A stretch of 50,056 bases of DNA from Bacteroidota bacterium. GTDB lineage: Bacteria; Bacteroidota; Bacteroidia; Bacteroidales; CAIXTV01. Numbering within the stretch: position 1 is the first letter of the stretch; the number at the start of each line of letters is the position of its first letter. Below the pieces are notes generated by a model. It did no database searches. It was not told the DNA's origin and was given only the letters and a program-made list of their open reading frames with translations. The stretch is from NCBI GenBank assembly GCA_037144095.1, contig JBAWXL010000002.1, forward strand, positions 1 through 50,056, written 5' to 3'. Position numbers and translations under genes: made by a program. Positions 8,680 to 17,447 of this stretch are shown here, piece by piece.

Positions 8680-9924
8680 ATGACCAAGTTTCAACCCATC
8701 GTCAACTTTATTCGCAAGACCTTTAACTCTCCGAAGGATTTTATTCCTCTTCATGCCCCCGTGTTCTGTGGAAATGAAAAAAAGTATCTGGAGGAATGTA
8801 TTGACACAACTTTCGTTTCCAGCGTAGGTAAATTCGTCGATCGTTTCGAAGCCATGGTTGCTGAATACACAGGTGCAACAAAAGCTGTTGTTTGCGTTAA
8901 TGGCACGAATGCCCTTCATTTAGCCATGCTACTCTTAGGAGTCAAACAGGATGATGAAGTAATCACCCAGCCATTGACTTTTATTGCAACTTGCAATGCC
9001 ATAAGTTATATTGGAGCCCATCCTGTGTTTGTTGACGTTGATTTAGACACATTAGGTATGTCGCCAAAAGCTTTAAGAAAGTGGCTTGCCGAAAACGTAG
9101 AATTTAAGAATCAGGCTGAGGATAAGGTTAATAATTTCCAATCTCAACCACAACCTCAACCTCAATCTCAACCTCAGCCTCAACCTCAGCCTCAACCTCA
9201 ATCTCAACCTTACAATAAAACCACAGGCAGGCGAATTAAAGCCTGCATTCCAATGCATACTTTCGGGCATCCCTGTCGCATTGATGAGATTGTTGAAATT
9301 TGCAAAGAATATCATATCGAATTAATTGAAGATGCAGCCGAAAGCCTGGGAAGTTTTTATAAAGAAAAGCACACCGGTACATTCGCAAAAATAGCCGCCC
9401 TGAGTTTTAATGGAAACAAAACAATTACAACCGGAGGCGGGGGAATGCTTTTGTTTCAAGACGAAGACTTAGCAAAATCAGCAAAACATCTAACCACACA
9501 AGCCAAAGTTCCCCATCCATGGAATTTCGTTCATGACCAAATTGGCTATAATTATCGCATGCCCAACATAAATGCTGCTTTAGGCTGTGCTCAAATGGAA
9601 CAACTCCCTCAATTTCTCTCAGCCAAACGACAATTAGCTCATCAATACGAACAATTCTTCTCAACCTTAAACTCAACCTCAACCTTTTTCAAAGAACCCC
9701 AAAACGCAAAGTCAAACTATTGGTTAAATGTAATTATTCTAAAGGACAGAGATGAACGTGATGAATTTTTAAAATTCGCCAACGACAATGGAGTAATGAC
9801 TCGTCCTGCCTGGCAATTGATGAATAAATTGCCGATGTTTGTAGATTGTCAATGTGGCGAACTCCCTAATTCAGAATGGTTGGAAGATAGAATTGTAAAC
9901 ATCCCCAGCAGCGCGATAATATGA
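8680..9924 (+). CDS. DegT/DnrJ/EryC1/StrS-family sugar aminotransferase (LegC-like) carrying an in-frame repeat insertion
   Basis: IPLHAPVFCGNEKKYLEECIDTTFVSSVG, LSFNGNKTITTGGGGMLL (PLP Lys region), GYNYRMPNINAALG. The 24-aa QS/QP tract is atypical for the family. Confidence 0.85.
   Translation: MTKFQPIVNFIRKTFNSPKDFIPLHAPVFCGNEKKYLEECIDTTFVSSVGKFVDRFEAMVAEYTGATKAVVCVNGTNALHLAMLLLGVKQDDEVITQPLTFIATCNAISYIGAHPVFVDVDLDTLGMSPKALRKWLAENVEFKNQAEDKVNNFQSQPQPQPQSQPQPQPQPQPQSQPYNKTTGRRIKACIPMHTFGHPCRIDEIVEICKEYHIELIEDAAESLGSFYKEKHTGTFAKIAALSFNGNKTITTGGGGMLLFQDEDLAKSAKHLTTQAKVPHPWNFVHDQIGYNYRMPNINAALGCAQMEQLPQFLSAKRQLAHQYEQFFSTLNSTSTFFKEPQNAKSNYWLNVIILKDRDERDEFLKFANDNGVMTRPAWQLMNKLPMFVDCQCGELPNSEWLEDRIVNIPSSAII
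9139..9210 (+). repeat. 12 tandem hexamers (CAACCT and CAATCT/CAGCCT/CAACCA variants) inside the aminotransferase CDS
   Basis: Read directly. Encodes QSQPQPQPQSQPQPQPQPQPQSQP; the antisense reads (RL)n. An inverted arm GAGGATAAGGTTAA lies at 9118..9131. Confidence 0.95.
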
Positions 9925-10985
9925 TAATTGGAGGAGAACATTTTTTCTCACCTGGCTTTTTGTTCAGAAAATCAAAAGCTTATGTTGACAATTTAATCAA
10001 AGAATTTCAACCAAATTACAAAGTGAATTTTACTTTTGGTGGCTTCTACTCCATTTTAGCCATCATCGACGAAATTAAACCAAAAATGGATGAAGCCTCA
10101 GTCGTTTTATTGCCTTCCTATTTGTGTCCCAGCATATTGTTGCCTTTTAAAATCAGAGGCATTTCCTATAAGTTCTACAAAGTAGATGATGATTTGTTGA
10201 TCGATACCGATTATTTGCTGTCAATTATTGATGAAAACGTAAAAGCAGTATTTTTTGTCGATTATTTTGGGGCGTCCCAATTAGATAGATTACAAGCTGT
10301 ATTAGAAACACTTAGATTAAAAAACATTGCCATCATCCAGGATATAGTTCAATGTCTCGAAATCAAAAATGAATTTTTATTTGGCGATTATATTTTCAAT
10401 AGTTTCCGCAAATTTTTCCCATTCGAAGGCAGCATTATTTTATCTAAAAAAGATATGAATATTAATTATGCTGAAAAAAGAAATATCTTTATAAAACCTA
10501 AGCGGATTGGGCAATTGCTGAGGTATTTTCATATTAAATACAATCTGTTTTCGAGCAAACTTTTCTTAAAATACTTGCATAAAGCAGAAGAAAACTATCA
10601 TCAGGATGGCATTTTCAAAATGCCAAAGTGCAACATAAAGCAGCTTAACAAATATGATGTTCAGCAAATGTCAGCGAACCAAAAGCATTATAGCAATCTG
10701 CTGAAAAATCTCTTCGAGAGCCTACAACCTCGTTTATTACAACACAATAATTTCGTGCCCTTGGGCTTTGTCATTAAGTTGAATAAGCGCGATTTCGTCA
10801 GAATGGAATTGTTCGCTCAAAACATTTTTCCACCCATTCATTGGCTATTAAATGAAGAATTTGACAAGCCTCTTTGCGAAAAAAGCATCCAACTTTCAAA
10901 ATCAATTTTGACCATTCCGCTAATAAATCTGACCAAAGAAAAATACAACTATCTATCCGAAAATCTAATTAAAATATTAAAATGA
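9921..10985 (+). CDS. Divergent DegT-like PLP-fold protein (function unknown)
   Basis: LLPSYLCPSILLPF, FFVDYFGAS...IIQDIVQCL and FNSFRKFFPFEGSIILS loosely parallel the DegT blocks (compare FSFHPRKAITTGEGGMV in ORF 36632). ATGA overlap with the upstream gene. Confidence 0.4.
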   Translation: MIIGGEHFFSPGFLFRKSKAYVDNLIKEFQPNYKVNFTFGGFYSILAIIDEIKPKMDEASVVLLPSYLCPSILLPFKIRGISYKFYKVDDDLLIDTDYLLSIIDENVKAVFFVDYFGASQLDRLQAVLETLRLKNIAIIQDIVQCLEIKNEFLFGDYIFNSFRKFFPFEGSIILSKKDMNINYAEKRNIFIKPKRIGQLLRYFHIKYNLFSSKLFLKYLHKAEENYHQDGIFKMPKCNIKQLNKYDVQQMSANQKHYSNLLKNLFESLQPRLLQHNNFVPLGFVIKLNKRDFVRMELFAQNIFPPIHWLLNEEFDKPLCEKSIQLSKSILTIPLINLTKEKYNYLSENLIKILK

Positions 10986-11509
10986 GAGTATATCTAAGAG
11001 CATTTGAATTAGACGATTATGTCATTATAAATAAGTGGCGTAGCGATCCCGAAATCACTAAATATCTTGGCGGAAATGTTTTCATGGTTTCATCAGAAAG
11101 GGAAAAAAAATCAGTAGAAAATAAAATATTCGACGATAAAAAGGATATTTACTTCGCAATCTGTGATTCCGAATCAAACAAATTCATCGGATATTCGAGT
11201 ATTAATAATATTGATTTAAGAAACCAAAAAGCCGAGTGGGGCGGAACGCTAATAGGCGACAAAGATTATATCGGCAAAGGTTTAGGCAAAGAAGCATCGG
11301 GCTTAATGCTTCGATTTTTGTTCGATCAATACCCCATCAACAAGGTGTATGCCTATTGTTTAGAAGAACACCCCTCTACCGCTAAATTATTTTTTGGTCT
11401 TGGTTTTCAACGCGATGGAATTTTAAGAAGAGAGATTTTTAAAAACGGAGAATTTAAAGACATCTTATTGTTTTCGATTTTAAGAGACGAAATAAATGGC
11501 AAATTTTGA
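10982..11509 (+). CDS. GNAT family N-acetyltransferase (RimJ/RimL-like)
   Basis: 175 aa. LRAFELDDYVIINKWRSDPEI, IGYSSINNIDLRNQKAEWG, GKGLGKEA. ATGA overlap with the upstream gene. Confidence 0.75.
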   Translation: MRVYLRAFELDDYVIINKWRSDPEITKYLGGNVFMVSSEREKKSVENKIFDDKKDIYFAICDSESNKFIGYSSINNIDLRNQKAEWGGTLIGDKDYIGKGLGKEASGLMLRFLFDQYPINKVYAYCLEEHPSTAKLFFGLGFQRDGILRREIFKNGEFKDILLFSILRDEINGKF

Positions 11510-12560
11510 AATATTAGATTTAACAAAATCAGATATTTGGAACACCTTACTTCAAAAGTTGCCTCCCGAACAACAAGATATTTACTTCACACCCCAATAC
11601 TATTCACTATATGAACAATTAGGCGATGGCAAAGCGCAATGTTTTGTTTATGAAAAAGATAACGAGCTTGCCTTATATCCATTTTTGCTAAATTCAGTAA
11701 ACAACCTTGGCTACGATTTAGATAAACCCTATTCTGATATTCAGGGAGCTTATGGTTACAACGGAATCACCGCCAATTCAAACCGTCCCGAATTCATTTC
11801 TTCTTTTTACAGAGAATTTGATAATTACATTTCACAAAACAATATCATTGCCGAGTTCACACGATTTCATCCCTTGCTAAATAATTATAGATTTTCGCAG
11901 CAGAACATGATGGTTGTTTTTGATAGAAAAACGATGTTTCTTTCTTTGGAAAATAACTACGAAAATATTTTCAAAACCTTTCAAACCACCACCCGAAAAC
12001 AAATCAAACGTTGCAGCCATAAGCATCATCTCGAAGTAGAAATCGTCGAAAACAATACCACTCAAATAGATACATTTTATTCCATTTATCAAGAGGCAAT
12101 GGACAGAGTGCAATCTTCAAAATACTTATACTTCAACACCGAATATTTCAAAAATCTGATACAAAACACCCCTTCTGTTCTGTTTATCGCAACACTCGAA
12201 ACCAAACCCATAGCAGCCATAATCGCATTCTACAATCATACCTACCTCCATGGCCATCTCGGAGGAGCATTAACCGATTATCTCTACACATCTTCCTACA
12301 GTTTGTTATACAGCGAAATGATTAAATTCGGAATCGAAAAAAACTGTAAATATTTTCATGCAGGTGGAGGCACAACCAATCATAATGATGATCCACTTCT
12401 TCAATTTAAACTCAATTTTTCAGCAACCACTGCCGATTTTTATCTGGGTAAAAAAATCCACAACATGCCGATTTATGAAGAAGTGACAAAACAATGGGCA
12501 AAAAGGTATCCCGAAAAAGCAGAAAACTATCAACATTTCATATTGAAATACAGATATTAG
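11496..12560 (+). CDS. FemAB / Acetyltransf_6-like GNAT-fold transferase (possible aminoacyl or acyl transferase acting on an amino sugar)
   Basis: About 350 aa. TRKQIKR, FYSIYQEAMDRV, IAAIIAF...LHGHLGGA and KYFHAGGG resemble FemX/CelD-like proteins. Confidence 0.55.
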   Translation: MANFEILDLTKSDIWNTLLQKLPPEQQDIYFTPQYYSLYEQLGDGKAQCFVYEKDNELALYPFLLNSVNNLGYDLDKPYSDIQGAYGYNGITANSNRPEFISSFYREFDNYISQNNIIAEFTRFHPLLNNYRFSQQNMMVVFDRKTMFLSLENNYENIFKTFQTTTRKQIKRCSHKHHLEVEIVENNTTQIDTFYSIYQEAMDRVQSSKYLYFNTEYFKNLIQNTPSVLFIATLETKPIAAIIAFYNHTYLHGHLGGALTDYLYTSSYSLLYSEMIKFGIEKNCKYFHAGGGTTNHNDDPLLQFKLNFSATTADFYLGKKIHNMPIYEEVTKQWAKRYPEKAENYQHFILKYRY

Positions 12561-12651
12561 CAAAACAAATAAGCTGTTTTTATGTTGAATAAAAACAAAC
12601 AATAAAAAGCAATAGCTCATAAATCATAAAGCCCTCATAAAGTTGGAAACA

Positions 12652-12861
12652 AGCTCCCACATCTCGGAAAAACCCTCCCGCATCCCGGAAAAACCCTTCC
12701 GCATTTCGGAAAAATCCTTCCGAATTTTGGAGAAACCCTTCCGCATTTCGGAAAAACTCATCCGCATTTCGGAAAAACCCTTCAACATGCTGGAAAAACC
12801 TTTCCGCATTTCGGAAAAACTCATCCGCATGCTGGAGAGACCCTTCCGCATGCACTATTTA
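12652..12861. repeat. Array A: 10 tandem 21-bp units, consensus CCCTTCCGCATTTCGGAAAAA
   Basis: Units parsed by hand in exact 21-nt register. Each has a TTCCG-N5-CGGAA dyad and a terminal A5 tract. Intergenic (12560/13151). Confidence 0.95.
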
Positions 12862-12981
12862 ACCATACTTATCAAGGGAAAATATTAAGCTAAATAAAAA
12901 ACGCAAATCTCACAAATTCAAACAAATAAGACTAAAATTAGTTTTTATTTTCATTAATAACAAACATTACACACTTATATT

Positions 12982-12989
12982 TACTTTTG
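12982..12989 (+). promoter_or_regulatory. Candidate -7 box TACTTTTG upstream of module 2
   Basis: TAnnTTTG match about 160 nt upstream of ATG 13151. Motif match only. Confidence 0.3.
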
Positions 12990-13150
12990 TTCCTTCATTA
13001 ATAAGAAACAATAACACAAAGCGAGGAACCACAAAATCATTCTTCAATAAAAGTCACTCAAACACGAAAATTGTTCAACTATAGCTCATTCAAGCATTAT
13101 AATTGTAAAAAAATAGAAATTAATCTATCGCATAAGCCAAACGTAATAAA

Positions 13151-13699
13151 ATGAACAGAGAAATAAAAGCAGATCTCTATCGCTATGGCGGATTAACCGG
13201 CACCAAAGGCTTTCTTCGCGGTCTTCGCATCCCGGGATTCAGATATATGTATCTATTACGAAAAGCCTCAAAGCTTCGAAAATACTCTCCACTGTGGATT
13301 ATATGTATTTATTTAAAAAGAAAATACAGCTATAAATACGGATTTCAAATTCCAACTGCCACTCAAATTGCCGAAGGCTTCTTCATCGGACATTATGGAG
13401 CAATTGTAATTAACGCAAAAGCGAAAATCGGGAAAAATTGCACCATTTCCCCTGGAATCACTATAGGACAAGCCAACCGCGGCAAGCTAAAAGGTTATCC
13501 AACCATAGGCGACAATGTCTGGATCGGAACAAACTCAGTAATAGTTGGGAATGTTAATATAGGATCTAATGTTTTAATTGCCCCAAACTCATTTGTAAAC
13601 ACCGACATTCCCGATCACTCTCTTGTCATCGGAAATCCCTCCAAAATTATTGAAAAACAAAACCCCTGCGAAGGATATATCAATTTTGTATTAGAATAA
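13151..13699 (+). CDS. Hexapeptide-repeat O-acetyltransferase (serine acetyltransferase/EpsC-like)
   Basis: IKADLYRYGG, GFFIGHYGAIVINAKAKIGKNCTISPGITIG, IGDNVWIGTNSVIVGNVNIGSNVLIAPNSFV. Confidence 0.8.
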   Translation: MNREIKADLYRYGGLTGTKGFLRGLRIPGFRYMYLLRKASKLRKYSPLWIICIYLKRKYSYKYGFQIPTATQIAEGFFIGHYGAIVINAKAKIGKNCTISPGITIGQANRGKLKGYPTIGDNVWIGTNSVIVGNVNIGSNVLIAPNSFVNTDIPDHSLVIGNPSKIIEKQNPCEGYINFVLE

Positions 13700-13784
13700 C
13701 AAACCACCACTATAAAAGGATACCCATAATTTTCCTCGAAAAATCAATCAGCACTCCCCGAAACATAAAGCAGTAAAAGAAAAC

Positions 13785-14840
13785 ATGCCTGAAATAAAAA
13801 TTAAGAGACGAATAATTTCCGAAAACACAACACTTCTTGATGCTCTGAAGTTGATGGATTCGACAGGCTTTCGATCTCTATTGGTTTTAAACGCAACTAA
13901 TAAGTTTAAAGGCATTCTTAGTATTGGCGATATCCAAAGAGCCATTATAAAAGACAACAAACTCGAGACACACGTAATAGATATACTCCGAAAAAACCCT
14001 CTTATAGCAAACAATAAAACTCCATTCGAAGAAATTAAAGAAATCATGATTAAATTCCGAATGGAATTTTTACCCATCATTAATTCTGACAATGAAGTAG
14101 AAACTGTTTATTTTTGGGAAGATTTATTTGATATTTATACTCATATTCCGCTAACGCAATTTGATGTTCCGGTAGTAATAATGGCAGGAGGTTTTGGCAC
14201 GCGCTTAAAACCTCTAACCAATGTTTTACCCAAACCTTTAATTCCCATTGGAGAAAAAACAATACTTGAAGATATTTTTGAACGATTTTCAAACCATGGA
14301 TGCAATACTTTTTATGTTTCAGTAAATTATAAAGCAGAATTAATAGAATATTATATTCAAAATCAAAAATTGCCTTATACTATTCACTTTTTCAAAGAAG
14401 AAAAACCTATGGGAACCGCAGGAAGTTTATCTTTGTTAAAAGAACAAATAAATAATACCTTCTTTGTAAGCAATTGCGACATTCTTATTGAACAAGATTA
14501 CTCAGATATATTAGAATACCATCGATCCAATAATAACGAAATTACTATTGTTGCAGCATTAAAGCATTATCCTTTAGCATATGGAACAATTGAAACCGGA
14601 GAAAACGGACGTTTATTAAAGCTTGTGGAAAAACCAGAATTAACCTTCAAAATTAATAGTGGAATGTATATTCTTGAGTCTCATCTTTTAAAAGACATTC
14701 CCGAAAATGAGTTTTTCCATATTACCCAATTAATTGATCAAGTGTTAGACAGAAAAGGAAATGTCGGAGTTTTTCCGGTAAGTCAAAAATCATGGAAAGA
14801 TTTAGGTAGTTGGGAAGAATATCAAAATTATATACAATAA
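13785..14840 (+). CDS. CBS-domain sugar-phosphate nucleotidyltransferase (PtmE-like)
   Basis: N-terminal CBS pair (LLVLNATNKFKGILSIGDIQRA) followed by VVIMAGGFGTRLKPLT..LPKPLIPIG, a nucleotidyltransferase signature. Confidence 0.8.
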   Translation: MPEIKIKRRIISENTTLLDALKLMDSTGFRSLLVLNATNKFKGILSIGDIQRAIIKDNKLETHVIDILRKNPLIANNKTPFEEIKEIMIKFRMEFLPIINSDNEVETVYFWEDLFDIYTHIPLTQFDVPVVIMAGGFGTRLKPLTNVLPKPLIPIGEKTILEDIFERFSNHGCNTFYVSVNYKAELIEYYIQNQKLPYTIHFFKEEKPMGTAGSLSLLKEQINNTFFVSNCDILIEQDYSDILEYHRSNNNEITIVAALKHYPLAYGTIETGENGRLLKLVEKPELTFKINSGMYILESHLLKDIPENEFFHITQLIDQVLDRKGNVGVFPVSQKSWKDLGSWEEYQNYIQ

Positions 14841-14864
14841 CCATTTTACAATAATTTTATTCTA

Positions 14865-16220
14865 GTGATTTATAATCAATTTAAATCTTTCTTTTCCAGA
14901 GGTGCTGAAAGAAGCAAATTGGCAAAGAAACATATATTATATTCTTTTTTCTTGAAAGGGATTAGTATTATTGTTGGTTTAATGTTGGTTCCTTTACTTC
15001 TTAATTACTTAGATGCAGAAAGATATGGAATATGGTTAACATTAACATCAATTGTCGGTTGGTTTACCTTTTTTGATGCAGGTTTAGGAAATGGATTAAG
15101 GAATAAACTTACTGAAGCTCTTGCCAAAGGAGAATTTCAACTTGCAAATGAATATGTCAGTACAACCTATGCAATAATTTCAATTATATTTATTGGAGTA
15201 TTAATTATTTTTTACTGCATCAATCCTTTCTTACACTGGAATGAAATCTTAAACACCACACTAGTTCCCGAAAAAGAGCTTAGTCTTTTAGCATTAATTG
15301 TATTTACTTTTTTCCTTTTGCGATTTATTTTCAATTTGATAGGAATTATCCTAATGGCTGATCAAAAACCGGCTCTAAACAATGCTTTTAATCCAATAGG
15401 CAACATTGTTTCAATTGTTATCATTTACATACTCTCAATTACAATGAAAGGAGCTTTAGTACTTATGGGGTTTGTATTGAGTATAATTCCTGTTCTGGTT
15501 TTACTTATTGCCACGTTTTTCTTATTTAGAAATAGATACCGATTCTTAAAACCTACTTTTAAAAATATTAAATGGAAACATTCTAGATCATTATTAAGTT
15601 TAGGAGTTAAATTTTTTATCATCCAAATTGCTGCAATTGTACTTTTCACTACCTCCAATATAATTATAAGTCAGATATTAGGTGCTGACCAAGTTGCGAT
15701 TTATAATATAGCTTTTAAATATTTTCAAGTGCCGGTTATGGTTTATGGAATTATTATGACTCCTATATGGTCTGCAGTTACAGATGCTTATACTCGAAAA
15801 GATTTTGCATGGCTTAAAAGTACTTTAAGAAAGTTAAATCAATTCTCATTAATAGTATTTATTGGTATTATTATAATGCTTATTGCAAGTCCTTATGTTT
15901 ATTCACTATGGGTAGGCCAAAAAGTAGATATACCTTTTGCTGTTTCTGCAACAATGGCCTTATATGCCGCAATTAGTGTGTTTCTTTCTCCATATTCTCA
16001 ATATACAAATGGAATGGGAAAATTATATTTAAGTTCAAGATTAGTCTTTTCCGTTTTTATTCTTTATATTCCTTTGGCAATTGTCTTTGCAAAAAGTCCT
16101 TTACAATTAGCCGGAGTCATGTTAGCAACTTGTATTATTAACGCTATTGGTATTCCTATTCAAATTTATCAAACTAATCAACTAATTAACCAAAAAGCTC
16201 ATGGAGTCTGGAACAAGTAG
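14865..16220 (+). CDS. wzx: Wzx-type oligosaccharide flippase (MOP superfamily), copy 1
   Basis: About 12 predicted TM segments. N-terminus LAKKHILYSFFLKGISIIVGLMLVPLLLNYLDAERYGIW is typical. GTG start per the ORF track. Confidence 0.75.
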   Translation: MIYNQFKSFFSRGAERSKLAKKHILYSFFLKGISIIVGLMLVPLLLNYLDAERYGIWLTLTSIVGWFTFFDAGLGNGLRNKLTEALAKGEFQLANEYVSTTYAIISIIFIGVLIIFYCINPFLHWNEILNTTLVPEKELSLLALIVFTFFLLRFIFNLIGIILMADQKPALNNAFNPIGNIVSIVIIYILSITMKGALVLMGFVLSIIPVLVLLIATFFLFRNRYRFLKPTFKNIKWKHSRSLLSLGVKFFIIQIAAIVLFTTSNIIISQILGADQVAIYNIAFKYFQVPVMVYGIIMTPIWSAVTDAYTRKDFAWLKSTLRKLNQFSLIVFIGIIIMLIASPYVYSLWVGQKVDIPFAVSATMALYAAISVFLSPYSQYTNGMGKLYLSSRLVFSVFILYIPLAIVFAKSPLQLAGVMLATCIINAIGIPIQIYQTNQLINQKAHGVWNK

Positions 16221-17436
16221 TAAACCCTTGAAAATTGTATGGCTTTGCCATTTCGCAAATAAAGAGTTTAAAGAGCATTTTAAAACTCCTCATATAAAAG
16301 AATTTGCCCCATGGATAACTAATACACTTGCTGTTTTTCAAAATAATACTGAAGTCGATTTACATGTGGTTTCACCAAATGTTTTTACAAATCAAGATTG
16401 TTGTATAAAAAAAAATGGGGTTACCTATCATTTCTATAAAGTAACTCCAATGTTTTTAAGGAATAGGTTATTAAAAAAAGCATATAATGTGTTAGACCTT
16501 AATTCTAGAACCAATTTTTGGTGGGTAAAACGAAAAATAGCAACAACAATTCGTAACATTCAGCCAGATCTAATCCACCTTCATGGAGCTGAAAATCCAT
16601 ATTATTCAATCGGAATTTTGCCTCTAATAGAATCATACCCCTCCTTAACAACAATTCAGGGTTTTGCAAGAAATGCTTCTTTCGATAATTTTAAGCTCAG
16701 AAAGAAAATCGAAATAGAAGAAAAAATATTAAAAAAAGTCAAACATATTGGCACTAGAACCAAGGAAATGAGTGAGATTGCCCTTCAAATAAATCCTAAT
16801 GCAATTCTACATTTTCATAACTATACTGCCGAAACACCTTCAGTAATGAAAAACAATATTGAGGGAAATGAACCCATTGACTGTCTGTTTTTCGCTCGTA
16901 TTTGTAAAGACAAAGGGATAGAAGACTTATTATCTGCAATTTCTATTGCCAAAAAACAAATTCCGGATATTTCTTTATCTGTAATAGGAAGCTCAAGTGT
17001 AAATTATCTTGAATATTTGAAAAAACTTTGTTTAGACTTAAAGATTGAAAACAACGTTAAGTTTCTAGGATTTTTCCCTACACAAGATGATATATTTCAA
17101 TATGCCATTAATGCAAAAATGTGTGTTTTACCAACTTACCATGATGTAATTCCTGGTACTATTATTGAAAGTATGCTAATAAAATTACCCGTGGTAGCTT
17201 ATGCCGTTGGTGGAATTCCTGAGTTAAACAGGAGTAAAGAAACAATAGTATTGGTTGAAAAACACAACATTAATCAATTGGCAGAAAAAATCCTTCAATT
17301 AATAAAGAATTCTGTTCTTCGAAAAACACTTTCGGAAGATGCGTATGTTCATGTAAATCAATTATTAGATAAAAATAAATTGGCAACAGACCTTCTGAAT
17401 GCATATAAATCAATTTTAAGCGAAAATAGTATTTGA
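16201..17436 (+). CDS. GT4-family glycosyltransferase
   Basis: GT-B C-terminal half with LPTYHDVIPGTIIESMLIKLPVVAYAVGGIPE (EX7E-like region). Overlaps wzx by 20 nt. Confidence 0.75.
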   Translation: MESGTSSKPLKIVWLCHFANKEFKEHFKTPHIKEFAPWITNTLAVFQNNTEVDLHVVSPNVFTNQDCCIKKNGVTYHFYKVTPMFLRNRLLKKAYNVLDLNSRTNFWWVKRKIATTIRNIQPDLIHLHGAENPYYSIGILPLIESYPSLTTIQGFARNASFDNFKLRKKIEIEEKILKKVKHIGTRTKEMSEIALQINPNAILHFHNYTAETPSVMKNNIEGNEPIDCLFFARICKDKGIEDLLSAISIAKKQIPDISLSVIGSSSVNYLEYLKKLCLDLKIENNVKFLGFFPTQDDIFQYAINAKMCVLPTYHDVIPGTIIESMLIKLPVVAYAVGGIPELNRSKETIVLVEKHNINQLAEKILQLIKNSVLRKTLSEDAYVHVNQLLDKNKLATDLLNAYKSILSENSI

Positions 17437-17447
17437 TAATTAGCAAT

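Noticed and set aside
9073-9315. Antisense ORF encoding (RL)n opposite the aminotransferase
   Set aside because: It is a mirror image of the in-frame hexamer repeat. The sense-strand ORF has full-length DegT homology.
12652-12861. Possible CRISPR arrays at 12.7, 23.3, 35.1 and 44.2 kb
   Set aside because: The units are directly abutting tandem repeats of 21 or 42 bp with no unique spacers between them, and no cas genes are present in the window.
12580-12888. Three overlapping ORFs (91, 75 and 81 aa) across array A encoding heptad-like peptides (PFRISEK / MRKGFSE)
   Set aside because: The frames stay open on both strands only because the repeat period is a multiple of 3 and the unit lacks stop triplets. 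There is no credible start context. The same applies to ORFs 23054..23380, 23173..23361, 34993..35199, 43997..44314, 44034..44234 and 44092..44280.
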